From IMG/VR virus record IMGVR_UViG_2541047086_000003, positions 1-64,000 of that record: DNA of 64,000 nt; one strand, 5' to 3'. The position numbers and the translations under genes were made by a program. This document shows positions 1 to 9,526 of this stretch, piece by piece. The notes under the pieces were generated by a model. That model searched no databases. It saw nothing but the letters and a program-made list of their open reading frames with translations, and was not told the origin of the DNA. Numbering within the stretch: the stretch's first letter is position 1; every line of letters begins with the position of its first letter. The DNA comes from an uncultured virus (IMG/VR IMGVR_UViG_2541047086_000003) (Duplodnaviria; Heunggongvirae; Uroviricota; Caudoviricetes).

Positions 1-920
1 CTAACCCTCTTGAACCCTTGTCACATCAAGGGTTTTTTTCGTTTTAGGAATCATATTATAAATAATATTCAAAAGGACGGCGGTAAAGCTTCCGGCGACG
101 ATTCCGTTTGTGGTCAGCAGATTGAAGTAAGACGGCAGGTGCTTAAACATATCGGGAACGACGGTTACACCGAGTCCCAATCCGACCGAACACGCGACAA
201 TCAGAAGGTTTTCCTGCTTTTTAAAGTCAATTTGACTGAGCATTTTAATGCCGTAGGAGATGACCATGCCGAACATGGCCACCATCGCGCCTCCCAGTAC
301 GGAAGACGGGATGATGGTCGTGAAGGCTGCGATTTTCGGAAAAAGGCCGAAGAGCATTAAAAGTGCGCCCGTGACACCGATAACCGCGTTTTTCTTAATT
401 CCTGTCAGCTGCACGAGGCCGACGTTTTGCGAATAAGCCGTGTACGGAAAAGCATTAAAAATGCCGCTGATGAATACCGCCAGGCCTTCCGCGCGGTAGC
501 CTTTTGCTAAATCACGTTCAGACAGGCGACGGTTTGTCAGGTCACCGAGAGCGAAATAGACGCCGGTTGACTCAACAAGGCTGACAATGGCAACGATGGA
601 CATCGTAATAATCGGTGCCGCATGAAATGTCGGCGTCCCGAAGTAAAACGGTTTAATCATTTGAATTGCGTCAGCATTCGCCACATTGTCAAATTGCACT
701 TTTCCCATAAAATATGCGATGGCCGTCCCGATGACAATGCCGATTAAAATCGAAATGGATTTCAAAAATCCTTTTGTAAACCGATAAAGCAGCACGATGA
801 TGACGAGCACCGTAAATCCGAGGGCAAGGTTAGCCGGATCACCGAAATCCTTGCTGCCTTCCCCGCCGGCAATATGATTCATCGCGACCGGCATTAAGGT
901 CATCCCGATAATCGTCACAA
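1..920 (-). pseudogene. pbuX: 3' part of host xanthine permease, interrupted by prophage insertion
   Basis: NCS2 permease sequence (VTIIGMTLMPVA...YTAYSQNVGLVQLTG...); similarity starts abruptly mid-protein; GC-richer than the DNA beyond ~920. Confidence 0.92.
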
Positions 921-940
921 GCATTATAGTTTAGGCACAA
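905..940. other. Prophage attachment junction (crossover ~917-922) inside pbuX
   Basis: pbuX reading frame gives way to non-pbuX AT-rich sequence here; exact core not determinable without the other end. Confidence 0.8.
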
Positions 941-975
941 CAAAAAAGAGCCGGTTTAATGGCTCTTTTCTTTTG
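941..975. terminator. Intrinsic terminator, probably bidirectional
   Basis: aaaagagcc-ggtttaat-ggctctttt stem-loop with A/T tracts on both sides. Confidence 0.8.
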
Positions 976-1120
976 CTAATAAATTAGACATTACTTCATT
1001 CACTTTTAGGTTGACTTTCTTAATTGCTTCAGCTGATGGTTGATTCATGCTTTCAATCGTTATATGATATTTTTCTATTTCAAACGATTGCTTTGAGGAC
1101 GATTTAACGAATTCACTCAT
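956..1120 (-). CDS. 54-aa protein, candidate recombination directionality factor (sprB position)
   Basis: ORF MSEFVKSSSKQSFEIEKYHITIESMNQPSAEAIKKVNLKVNEVMSNLLAKEKSH; ATGA overlap with yotM stop; last phage gene before att. Confidence 0.65.
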   Translation of the reverse strand: MSEFVKSSSKQSFEIEKYHITIESMNQPSAEAIKKVNLKVNEVMSNLLAKEKSH

Positions 1121-1671
1121 ACAGCGCTCACACTCTGCTGTTCTTTTTTAATCAAATCATCGCAAAGCTTATTCAAGTAATATGTATAGTTAACTTTTTT
1201 CTTCATCGAACGGACTTCTGTGCCGATCTCTTCGCAAATTGCAAGTGGAATGCTGGATTTGTTTACTTTATTCCTATATGTATGTGACAACTGATTTTCA
1301 GCTATGTTCTTATATGTAAGGAAATCATTAATATGTACGAAATAAACTTTGTTTTCTGGCTCTCTAAACTGAAATAGAAAACCAGGAATTATGTTTGGAT
1401 ATTGCGCTGCCTCTTTTAAGTGTTTAATCTGTTGTGGCTTAATGATCTTTTCACTGAAAGATACAGACTTGTTCTTTGTTGATTTAAGTTCAAAAGGAAA
1501 AAGATAACCTTTAAAGTGCAGGAAGCAATCGTATTTGTTTTTTGATACAGCTGCTCCCCTTTTCAAAAACATTGGGTTAACATCTTTGATTCTGTAAAAG
1601 AACAGCTTTTGATCTGCAGCTGATTTTTCTATATTTGCTTCAAAAACCTTACCCTGGTTTGTACCTACCAA
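1117..1671 (-). CDS. yotM: RecU-like Holliday junction resolvase
   Basis: GKVFE...YDCF...FELKST RecU motifs; SPbeta synteny. Confidence 0.85.
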   Translation of the reverse strand: MVGTNQGKVFEANIEKSAADQKLFFYRIKDVNPMFLKRGAAVSKNKYDCFLHFKGYLFPFELKSTKNKSVSFSEKIIKPQQIKHLKEAAQYPNIIPGFLFQFREPENKVYFVHINDFLTYKNIAENQLSHTYRNKVNKSSIPLAICEEIGTEVRSMKKKVNYTYYLNKLCDDLIKKEQQSVSAV

Positions 1672-1768
1672 TCAATCACTCTCCTAAAATATTGAAATCA
1701 AAATTGATATTAAAATAAACCTTTGTTACACTGTTTTATGTCAATTAATATTGAAAGAAGTGTACGAA

Positions 1769-2008
1769 ATGAAGCAATGGACACCCCTACGCCCTCGTTT
1801 AAATGAATTAATGTTTGAATATGACCTCACAGTTGATGACCTTTTCAAACGTACAGGATATCCGAGACAACGTATCCACGATTATATAAGTGGAGCCAAA
1901 GCAAATATGAACTTAGCTACAGGCATGACTTTTGCTGATGCCATTGGTTGCTCAATTGAAGAGCTATACGAATGGAACCACGAAGAAAGAAGAAAAGTTA
2001 AATCTTAA
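1769..2008 (+). CDS. yotL: XRE-family HTH regulator
   Basis: HTH pattern ending IGCSIEELYEW; synteny. Confidence 0.8.
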   Translation: MKQWTPLRPRLNELMFEYDLTVDDLFKRTGYPRQRIHDYISGAKANMNLATGMTFADAIGCSIEELYEWNHEERRKVKS

Positions 2009-2183
2009 TCCCTTTTTGAGCCCATCTGATTTCCTGCATCAATTCTTCATTATTATCCGAAAGGTTGATTAGGTTACGGTGGGCTCTTTCGTAATCTTTT
2101 TCTTCAATGGCCTCCTTTGCTGTTTTCATTTGCCTATCCATCTTATTACACAGTGCTTGAATTGAATGATAAGGCTTGTTAAT
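1998..2183 (-). CDS. yotK: 61-aa phage protein, apparent ATT start
   Basis: Open frame (I)NKPYHSIQALCNKMDRQ...QKGIKI behind RBS-like AAGAGG; size and position match yotK. Confidence 0.6.
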   Translation of the reverse strand: MNKPYHSIQALCNKMDRQMKTAKEAIEEKDYERAHRNLINLSDNNEELMQEIRWAQKGIKI

Positions 2184-2296
2184 TGTTCTCGCCTCTTTTC
2201 CCTATGTTATTTGAATTTATTGTCTCGCTACTAAATGGTAACTATATCATGCGATTATGTATGTCATTTCTTGATTAAGTAATTGTCCATTATCAC

Positions 2297-2746
2297 TTAA
2301 TGGGTAACTAGTATATCAGGATCATTCGCTCTATATGGAAATTCTAAATGATCATCAAAGTAATGTACTGTGGTATGCGGGCTATGAAAATTCCTATTAT
2401 AGTTACTAGTTCTCATTTTTATTGTGCTACGGTTATACATCTCTTCCCACTTCAAATAGGCGACTTTATTGTTTTCAGTATCAACTAAAGCAAGAACATC
2501 AAAACTAGTTTTCGAATACACATTGTTAGATCTGCGAATATCAAATACCAATTTATCATTCAGAACCTTATTAGAAGCTTTTACTTGAATTTTAAAGGAT
2601 GCACCATTTTTTATAGCAACAATATCAATTAAGCTTCCATTATTCATTGGGGAAAAAAGCTCAAACCCCTTTTTAGTTAAGTCATATAAAACTAGAAACT
2701 CTCCACAGTCCCCAGTTTTTCTTTTTTCATCTTTTAATAGACCCAT
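2297..2746 (-). CDS. Free-standing PD-(D/E)XK endonuclease (intron-associated PD-(D/E)XK-like)
   Basis: TGDCGE...IDIVAIK...KIQVKAS motifs. Confidence 0.7.
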   Translation of the reverse strand: MGLLKDEKRKTGDCGEFLVLYDLTKKGFELFSPMNNGSLIDIVAIKNGASFKIQVKASNKVLNDKLVFDIRRSNNVYSKTSFDVLALVDTENNKVAYLKWEEMYNRSTIKMRTSNYNRNFHSPHTTVHYFDDHLEFPYRANDPDILVTH

Positions 2747-2794
2747 ACATTCACCTCTACTAATTTTATTTTTACTCTAAACAAAAGACCGATT

Positions 2795-3226
2795 TTATTT
2801 AATCCTTAATTGCTTAACTTCATTTTCCAGCCATTCAACATACGACATCTCTTGAGTGTTTTTTGCATATTCATTTAATAAAGAATCCTCTTCTATAAAA
2901 TCAAATGCGATTTCTGTTTTTTCATCAATAGGCAAGTAAATAGCTGCAATTCCGTTTTTCGGATAGAAAGAAGTCTCAAACCATGATAAAACGTTATTCC
3001 CTTCATCATCTCTCCAATCATACCGCGCAACGCTTCGATTGTATGCTTCAAAAGGATTCAAATCTAATAAAAATTTAATCTCATCATACTCAATTGAAAC
3101 CCCAATTATTTTCCCCATCATCATGGGATCGACTGATTCTTCAATCCATTCATACACATTGTCATTAAATTTAATAATCGGTTTTTTACCTTGTAATACA
3201 AGTTCATATAATTTAATCGTCTTCAT
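2795..3226 (-). CDS. Hypothetical phage protein
   Basis: 143-aa ORF with GGGAGG RBS. Confidence 0.75.
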   Translation of the reverse strand: MKTIKLYELVLQGKKPIIKFNDNVYEWIEESVDPMMMGKIIGVSIEYDEIKFLLDLNPFEAYNRSVARYDWRDDEGNNVLSWFETSFYPKNGIAAIYLPIDEKTEIAFDFIEEDSLLNEYAKNTQEMSYVEWLENEVKQLRIK

Positions 3227-3488
3227 TGAAATAATCCTCCCTAAACCCTTTCACTGGTTCATAATTTGTCACTTCATAAAATTCTTCTTTTTGATTAAAT
3301 TTGATCGGCTTATCCAATGTTTTAGCATTCCGTTCCAACCACTCTACTGTATTTTTTACTTTGTTATCATATTTTTCATAGCTATCCGACCAATCATAAT
3401 AACTGTCTCTGGTCTTTATTAACCCCAATAGTTCTTTGACATGCTTTAGCTTTACATATTTATTTTCAATATCGGTGATATTGCTCAT
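3213..3488 (-). CDS. Hypothetical phage protein
   Basis: ORF starting MSNITD behind GGGAGG RBS. Confidence 0.7.
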   Translation of the reverse strand: MSNITDIENKYVKLKHVKELLGLIKTRDSYYDWSDSYEKYDNKVKNTVEWLERNAKTLDKPIKFNQKEEFYEVTNYEPVKGFREDYFNEDD

Positions 3489-3664
3489 TGAAATAACCCT
3501 CCCCAAATCACTCCTGCTGCAATGGCAACAATGAAAACTGAAACAAATTTAATTACACCAATATACACTGCAAATTTAATATTCCCTTTGGAATCCATGT
3601 TTGCTAACAACACAAGCCCAAATGCAACGAACAATATCCATGCTGTAACGATCAGATCACTCAC
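3485..3664 (-). CDS. Small membrane protein (yotH-like)
   Basis: 59-aa ORF with two hydrophobic segments, overlapping both neighbours. Confidence 0.6.
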   Translation of the reverse strand: MSDLIVTAWILFVAFGLVLLANMDSKGNIKFAVYIGVIKFVSVFIVAIAAGVIWGGLFQ

Positions 3665-4073
3665 CCCCTTTGATTAACTGTTTGCAAATATTAATATATT
3701 CTTGAATACTATTAATAATCGTGATGATACAGCTCCTTACCTCTTCTGGTTCTTTAAAATCCATCTCACATTTAAGACAGTATTCATCGAACTCAATCAT
3801 TGCAAGAAATTGATCATTGCTTGGTAAATTTTCAAAATCAATTTTCTTTAATCTTGGGATGCCCTTTCCCCTAATCCATTCAATAAAGTAATCAACATTA
3901 TTTTTTGCTGTTGCGATTTTTAAAAACTCGTGAATATCAGAAGAGTTTTCAATATTGAAATAAATGTGGAGACTCTTCTTCATGAGATCAAATAACCGCA
4001 ATAGAGCTTCATCAATGTTATTGTCTGGTTTAAACTCAAAATCTAAATCAAACCAGGACATTGCGTTTTTCAT
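3657..4073 (-). CDS. Hypothetical phage protein
   Basis: 138-aa ORF with RBS. Confidence 0.7.
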   Translation of the reverse strand: MKNAMSWFDLDFEFKPDNNIDEALLRLFDLMKKSLHIYFNIENSSDIHEFLKIATAKNNVDYFIEWIRGKGIPRLKKIDFENLPSNDQFLAMIEFDEYCLKCEMDFKEPEEVRSCIITIINSIQEYINICKQLIKGGE

Positions 4074-4467
4074 TCAATCCCTCCCTGTGCAAATCGAATA
4101 TTTCTGGTACCCGTTGAAAGAATGTAATAATACAACCTCTCGCATCAAAAGGGTATTCACAATCAATTTCGGCACCTGATATGTAAATTTCATATTCTAT
4201 GCTGGATATTAGTTGAGGATTATAAGGTAGCTCGAACTGTAAGTACCTCTTCAGATTAGGTAACTGCTCATTGACAAACTTCAAGAACTTCTTTTCATAC
4301 TCAGGAACACGTTCATATAATTTGTTTACATGTTCTTCAATTGTGTTTGCTTGCACTTTGTATAGATTCTCGAACAGCGTTTTGTTGATGTCCATTAACT
4401 CACTTAGAGCTTTAACAGCTCCCTCGTCTCCATTTAGAGTAACACCCCACCATTTATCCAAATGCAC
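4048..4467 (-). CDS. Hypothetical phage protein
   Basis: 139-aa ORF with AAAGGA RBS. Confidence 0.7.
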   Translation of the reverse strand: MHLDKWWGVTLNGDEGAVKALSELMDINKTLFENLYKVQANTIEEHVNKLYERVPEYEKKFLKFVNEQLPNLKRYLQFELPYNPQLISSIEYEIYISGAEIDCEYPFDARGCIITFFQRVPEIFDLHREGLNEKRNVLV

Positions 4468-4498
4468 TTAATCATCCTTTCTATTTAAAATCAACATT

Positions 4499-4660
4499 TT
4501 AATCTGTTGTAATCGTAAATGAACCATCATCTTCATCTAGAGTAATAACAATTTCACGAATACCATTGCCACAGTCACTGAATTCTTGCATTTCCTTTCC
4601 TAGTTTCTGAATTGATTTGGCCAATTCCTCCGGTGTATTTGCCCCTCTTTGTGTACTCAT
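4499..4660 (-). CDS. 53-aa hypothetical protein between two junction motifs
   Basis: MSTQRGANTPEELAKS...FTITTD; RBS GGAAGGGGG; stop lies inside the motif at 4486-4501. Confidence 0.65.
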   Translation of the reverse strand: MSTQRGANTPEELAKSIQKLGKEMQEFSDCGNGIREIVITLDEDDGSFTITTD

Positions 4661-4707
4661 TTTTAAATTCCCCCTTCCAATAAAATTAGAATTTCACCCG
4701 AATCGTA

Positions 4708-4938
4708 TTAATTAACTAATTCCCACTCTCCAGGACTAAGTTGATCTAATGTGAAGAACATTGGCGTACCGTCGTTCATAAACTCAATAATCATCAATCG
4801 ACCTTGTTCATTTCTTGGGCAGCTATCTGGGTTACTGTATGTAGATTCGGCTGTAACAGTTGTATAGGTTCCACCGTAAGCCCAAGAATCACCGATATAT
4901 TTAATTGCGTCTCCTTCTTTAACACTTGAAAAATCCAT
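4708..4938 (-). CDS. Hypothetical phage protein
   Basis: 76-aa ORF with GAGGTG RBS. Confidence 0.7.
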   Translation of the reverse strand: MDFSSVKEGDAIKYIGDSWAYGGTYTTVTAESTYSNPDSCPRNEQGRLMIIEFMNDGTPMFFTLDQLSPGEWELVN

Positions 4939-5038
4939 GCAATCACCTCACTTCAAATTAATGTGTATAATCTCAAAACATCTCCACACAATACAATTGA
5001 ACAAACTTGTTTTACATACTACTTTAGGAGATGATCAT

Positions 5039-5257
5039 ATGGCTCAACAAAACAGATCAAGATCAAACAATAATAATGAGTTAGTTGTACCGCAAGCTGC
5101 TTCAGCAATTGAACAAATGAAATATGAGATTGCTTCTGAATTTGGTGTTCAATTGGGCGCTGAGACAACTAGTCGAGCAAACGGATCAGTAGGTGGAGAA
5201 ATTACAAAACGTTTGGTTCGACTGGCTCAACAAAGCATGAATGGTCAATTTCATTAA
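5039..5257 (+). CDS. sspC: Alpha/beta-type small acid-soluble spore protein
   Basis: [10 protein letters not shown]...[21 protein letters not shown] signature; sigmaG-like -10 elements upstream; terminator ~5263-5286. Confidence 0.95.
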   Translation: MAQQNRSRSNNNNELVVPQAASAIEQMKYEIASEFGVQLGAETTSRANGSVGGEITKRLVRLAQQSMNGQFH

Positions 5258-5337
5258 TTTATGAGGGGATTGCTCCCCTCTTTTTTATGCTCCTCTTCCA
5301 AATCCATAAAGTACTACTGGCATTGTATTCACCTCCT

Positions 5338-5526
5338 TTAGTGAACAAATGTACTTTGTCTAACCAACTCGTCTAAAACGATTTGAAGTTTCCTTCTTTG
5401 GTCTTTTATGTATGCTTGGTTATCGGTACGCAATCCATCATTAATTCTATTTTGTATGTCTGTCTTCAGTGTCTCTAGGCTTTCTTTTGGTAATTTTTCT
5501 AGACTAGCTTTATATAATTGACTCAT
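5338..5526 (-). CDS. Small phage protein (yotC-like)
   Basis: ORF MSQLYKASLE...; synteny. Confidence 0.6.
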   Translation of the reverse strand: MSQLYKASLEKLPKESLETLKTDIQNRINDGLRTDNQAYIKDQRRKLQIVLDELVRQSTFVH

Positions 5527-5863
5527 TTTAATAGCCCCCAACAAAAACAAATGAAATTATCAATAACCAGAAGACTGCTCCAGAAACAGCAAGAAAGCTT
5601 TTTGCAATACTCATAAACTCTTGAAAATCATTCTTTAACGACTCTTTCACTGCATCACCTTCTCTTTAAAATACAGATTTCATATTAAAAGTTATGATAA
5701 TCAATATCTTTTTTATCCATCGCTTTTCGGATTGCTCGTTCGTGTTTCGATCTCCTTCTTTTGTTGCTTCCTTTAACTTTTGGTGCTTCAAACATTCCAT
5801 CACAAGTCCAGTCATAACCGCTATACTTTTTAAACACCGCAGTCTTCAGGCGTCTATGATGCG

Positions 5864-6586
5864 TCACTCACCTCCTACCTCTTCGCGTGAGTCGTCGATG
5901 ACTTTATAGCCGTATTTACGTGCATCTTTCAAGTATATTACTGCATCACCGGAAAAAGGCGGCCAACTATCGTCTTCAATAACTAGTGCTTTGTGAACCC
6001 CTCTATCATCCGATATAAAATCGCCCACACGAACCTCAGTCGGCTGCGGAGCGTTCAAGTATTCGTCTGGCACCGTCAGGCCTAGCGCACGTCTTAGCGC
6101 GATCGCACGACCAATATGAACGTTGAAGCAGTCGGACGGTGCGGCTTTGGCGATTCCTCGCGCTACGATTTGACCATCCGCTATCCACCGTAAAATTGTG
6201 ACTACGGTTCTTTTCTCGCAATTTACGATAAATTCCGCTTTCGTATTCCGTCCATAAGCGTAGTAGTAACCGTATTTATTCGCCAGTTTCTCAACGTCCG
6301 CCTTCGCCTGCTCAACGATTTCATCGCGTAGGGCTTGGGCGCTTTTCTCCGGCTTCCATAAACGCTCCTCTAGTGTTGTACAGACCGGAGTCGTTACCGT
6401 ATTTACATCGCCAGATATAATAACAACATCTTGATTCGTTTTTGCATAGTGAACAACGAATCTATAAGAATACGCGCCGCCAATAACAATATCTCCAAAA
6501 CGAGATTTATAACCGAAATATTTATCGTCCTTCTTTTCAAATACCGTATTCGCATTATTGATCACCGTTTGATTTACGTTTTCCAT
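5864..6586 (-). CDS. Hypothetical phage protein, GC-richer than surroundings
   Basis: 240-aa ORF; contains ARGIAKAAPSDCFNVHIGRAIALRRA. Confidence 0.75.
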   Translation of the reverse strand: MENVNQTVINNANTVFEKKDDKYFGYKSRFGDIVIGGAYSYRFVVHYAKTNQDVVIISGDVNTVTTPVCTTLEERLWKPEKSAQALRDEIVEQAKADVEKLANKYGYYYAYGRNTKAEFIVNCEKRTVVTILRWIADGQIVARGIAKAAPSDCFNVHIGRAIALRRALGLTVPDEYLNAPQPTEVRVGDFISDDRGVHKALVIEDDSWPPFSGDAVIYLKDARKYGYKVIDDSREEVGGE

Positions 6587-6930
6587 TCCTTATCTCCTCC
6601 ACTTCCAATTAAATTAATTTGATCCTCAAGTTCATAAATAAACCCCTCTAAAGCTTCTTCATCAACCATAACTTGTCCATCATGGACTTTGATGATTTTT
6701 TTCATTCGGTCATCCATATTTCTAAATTCTTCTGCTTGCTGAACAGTAAACATTGCTCTGTATTTCTTTATGTATAAAAAAAAATCTTTAAGTACTCCGA
6801 TCTCCCCAATTTTGTGGAGATTGAAATCTTCTTGTTCCACTTCCAGCCGAAGTAAAGCTACTTCCTTTTCTAAAACGTCAACTTCAAGCTGTTCTTTCTT
6901 TGACAACAATTCACGCTCTTTTTGTTGCAA
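6574..6930 (-). CDS. Hypothetical coiled-coil phage protein
   Basis: 118-aa ORF with AAGGAGGTG RBS. Confidence 0.75.
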   Translation of the reverse strand: MQQKERELLSKKEQLEVDVLEKEVALLRLEVEQEDFNLHKIGEIGVLKDFFLYIKKYRAMFTVQQAEEFRNMDDRMKKIIKVHDGQVMVDEEALEGFIYELEDQINLIGSGGDKEWKT

Positions 6931-6989
6931 TTTATCACCTCCTTATAAGGATTAAATATGTATTCACAATGTGAATGTGGATTATGTTT

Positions 6990-7355
6990 TTAAACTGATT
7001 CATACTTTAAATGATTGTTTTTCTTTTTGTTAATTCTATACTCTGCAATTTTTAGTGATTCAAGAGTCCATCCGTTTTTGTTTAAACTCCCGTAAAGTGT
7101 GTTCAATAATTGGAGCTCTTGTTTTAAGCTTCTTCGCTTTCTCAATATCTTTTGACCTTTTAACGAAAGGTGATATCCCTCTGAAGCATTAAATTTGTCC
7201 TCTTCTAGCTTGTGATAAAATTCATTGAGCTCTTTATCAACTTTCCCTAGCTCTTTATAAAGGCTATCAATTTCATTTTGAAGTCGTTGTTTAGTCTCCT
7301 CAATTGCTGCAAGAGGTTCCGAAATGGAAACAAGGTAATCCGTTGCAGTTTTCAT
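6990..7355 (-). CDS. Hypothetical coiled-coil phage protein
   Basis: 121-aa ORF downstream of a repeat-associated promoter. Confidence 0.75.
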   Translation of the reverse strand: MKTATDYLVSISEPLAAIEETKQRLQNEIDSLYKELGKVDKELNEFYHKLEEDKFNASEGYHLSLKGQKILRKRRSLKQELQLLNTLYGSLNKNGWTLESLKIAEYRINKKKNNHLKYESV

Positions 7356-7483
7356 ATCGCCACTCCCATTTATTATTTTATTTTTATTCTAAAAGTGTGT
7401 AAAAAAAGACAAGCTTTTAACTTGTCTTTATCTTATCATTCAACTTCTCGGATGTCTATAACTATTTTATTTTTATTCTTAAA

Positions 7484-7990
7484 TTATTTTGAGTAAGTCA
7501 CAAATGAATAATTAAATGTGGTATTGTTGTCTGCTTTTCTGTGATCCTTTTCGATTACTCTCCAATCATCATTTAACCTTGGAAAATATGAATCTGCCTT
7601 CGCAGCAACTGAATCAACAATCGTTAAATAAACCTTGTCTGCATGCGGTAAGAATGCCTCGTAAATAGCGCCTCCTCCAATGACCATTACTTCTTCATTT
7701 GTATCCAATTGGCCACGTATAAGCTTTAATACATCATCAATTGAATGATAAACGAATGAAGAGTGATCAGGCTTGAAATCCTTATTTTTAGTCAATATGA
7801 TATTCCTTCGGTTCTGAAGTGGCTTTCCTGTAATGTTTACGATCGATTCGTATGTAAGTCTTCCCTGAATACACAACTTTCCTGTAGTGAATTCTTTAAA
7901 ACGTTTCATATCGTCAGGAATATGGTAAAGAAGATTATTCTCGTACCCAATGGCCATTGATTTGTCGCAGCAAGCAATAAGAGATAGCAT
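7484..7990 (-). CDS. Dihydrofolate reductase
   Basis: LIAC...IG...IPDDMKRFKEFT...GRLTYESI...PLQNRRNIILT...VIGGGAIY DHFR motifs. Confidence 0.93.
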   Translation of the reverse strand: MLSLIACCDKSMAIGYENNLLYHIPDDMKRFKEFTTGKLCIQGRLTYESIVNITGKPLQNRRNIILTKNKDFKPDHSSFVYHSIDDVLKLIRGQLDTNEEVMVIGGGAIYEAFLPHADKVYLTIVDSVAAKADSYFPRLNDDWRVIEKDHRKADNNTTFNYSFVTYSK

Positions 7991-8829
7991 TATACTGCTA
8001 CCTCAAAGTAAAGCTTGTCTCCATGCTTATAATTAATCAGTTTGAAATCGTCAATTGTGAAATCATAAAAATCCTTCATATCTGGATTAATCCATAGCTC
8101 AGGTGCTTCATATTGTTCTCTGTCCATTTGAATTTTCAAATTGTCTATATGGCGAGTATATACATGACAGTCTCCGATATTGAAGATGTACTCACCCAGC
8201 TCATAGCCAGTAACTTGAGCAATCATACGCTGTAATACATTGTACTGGAATACATTAAACGGATTCCCTAAAGCCATATCATTACTACGTGCTCTTACCT
8301 CTAAATGAAGCTTGCCTTGTTTTACGTACCATTGTGTCTCATACACACAGGGGGTTAAGGACATTGAATCTAATTCATCAGGATTCCAAAGCATTGTAAT
8401 ATTTCTACGTGATGATGGATTATTTTTCAACTGATGAAGAAGATAATCAACCTGGTCAACTTTCTCACCGTTTAGCTCCCTGTTCTTTTTACTTAGCTGA
8501 TATCCATATGCTTTGCCGATTGTACCATCTTCTTGTTTCCATTGATCCCAGATATGGACGCCCATCTTGTTTAATTCGTTAACATTGGTTGATTTAAGCT
8601 GCCATATCCAAAGTAATTCCTTGATTGCTGTTTTCCAGGCGACTTTTTTAGTCGTTAAAATCGGTACTTCGGAATTATCAAACCGCATTTGCTTACTGAT
8701 TACACTGAGTGTATGTGCCGGTGTCCCATCTGTATCCCATTTGGTTCTGACATCGAATTCTTCGTCTGATACTCCATTATTAATTATGTCATTTATGATT
8801 GTGTTGTACTGCTTATCAAATTGACTCAT
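7990..8829 (-). CDS. thyA: Thymidylate synthase (thyP3/ThyA type, 279 aa)
   Basis: LTPCV, RSNDMALGNPFN, GDCHVY motifs. Confidence 0.96.
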   Translation of the reverse strand: MSQFDKQYNTIINDIINNGVSDEEFDVRTKWDTDGTPAHTLSVISKQMRFDNSEVPILTTKKVAWKTAIKELLWIWQLKSTNVNELNKMGVHIWDQWKQEDGTIGKAYGYQLSKKNRELNGEKVDQVDYLLHQLKNNPSSRRNITMLWNPDELDSMSLTPCVYETQWYVKQGKLHLEVRARSNDMALGNPFNVFQYNVLQRMIAQVTGYELGEYIFNIGDCHVYTRHIDNLKIQMDREQYEAPELWINPDMKDFYDFTIDDFKLINYKHGDKLYFEVAV

Positions 8830-8890
8830 ATTTTCCTTCCTTTCAATTCCATCGTTTGGTAAAATATTCTTGCCCACATAATGGAAAGAG

Positions 8891-9526
8891 GTGATCTTTT
8901 TGTCTGTTTACAAATACAAGCCAGCGGTGGTTAAAGAAGTACTGGAATGTAAAACCGAAAGATTAACAGACTCAATTGAAGCAAGATATTGTTTATCAAT
9001 AAAGCTTAATAATAATTTAGACTCTTCATATGTGTTTATTATGTTAAATCCAAGTATTGCTGACAAAGAAGTATCAGACCTCACTATAACTAAGTTATGT
9101 AATTTTAGCCACTCATTAAATGAAGTTGGATCCATTCATATTGTCAATCTCTATCCTTTTTACGAAACAGACTCAGCAGAATTGTCCTCAATAATTCATA
9201 AGCTTCAAAAAGCGGACAGGAGTCTGTATGAAACTGCTGTTAAGACTAATCATCAAATTATAGCCAATTTAGCCAAAGAATCTAAAAAGATAATCTTTGC
9301 TTGGGGTGATTGTCCAAAGCGATTCGATAAACGAAGTTTTAATAAGCAATGCCACGATGTTAAACAGCTCCTAAAAGGAATAAATAAAGACGAGGCATTT
9401 GTTATCAAAACCCATTACAACAGGCTTCTCACAGTTAAGAATTCACCAAGACATCCATGCATGAATCGCCTTAATGGCCTTATGCCATATCAAGAGCCAT
9501 ATGAACTGTCTCAGATGACACAATAA
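8891..9526 (+). CDS. DUF1643-family protein, opposite orientation to neighbours
   Basis: FIMLNPSIAD, VNLY, FAWG, PRHP motifs. Confidence 0.75.
   Translation: MIFLSVYKYKPAVVKEVLECKTERLTDSIEARYCLSIKLNNNLDSSYVFIMLNPSIADKEVSDLTITKLCNFSHSLNEVGSIHIVNLYPFYETDSAELSSIIHKLQKADRSLYETAVKTNHQIIANLAKESKKIIFAWGDCPKRFDKRSFNKQCHDVKQLLKGINKDEAFVIKTHYNRLLTVKNSPRHPCMNRLNGLMPYQEPYELSQMTQ

Noticed and set aside
1..924. 307-aa ORF as a complete permease gene
   Set aside because: It lacks the N-terminal part of PbuX; the start codon comes from the phage arm and has no clear RBS.
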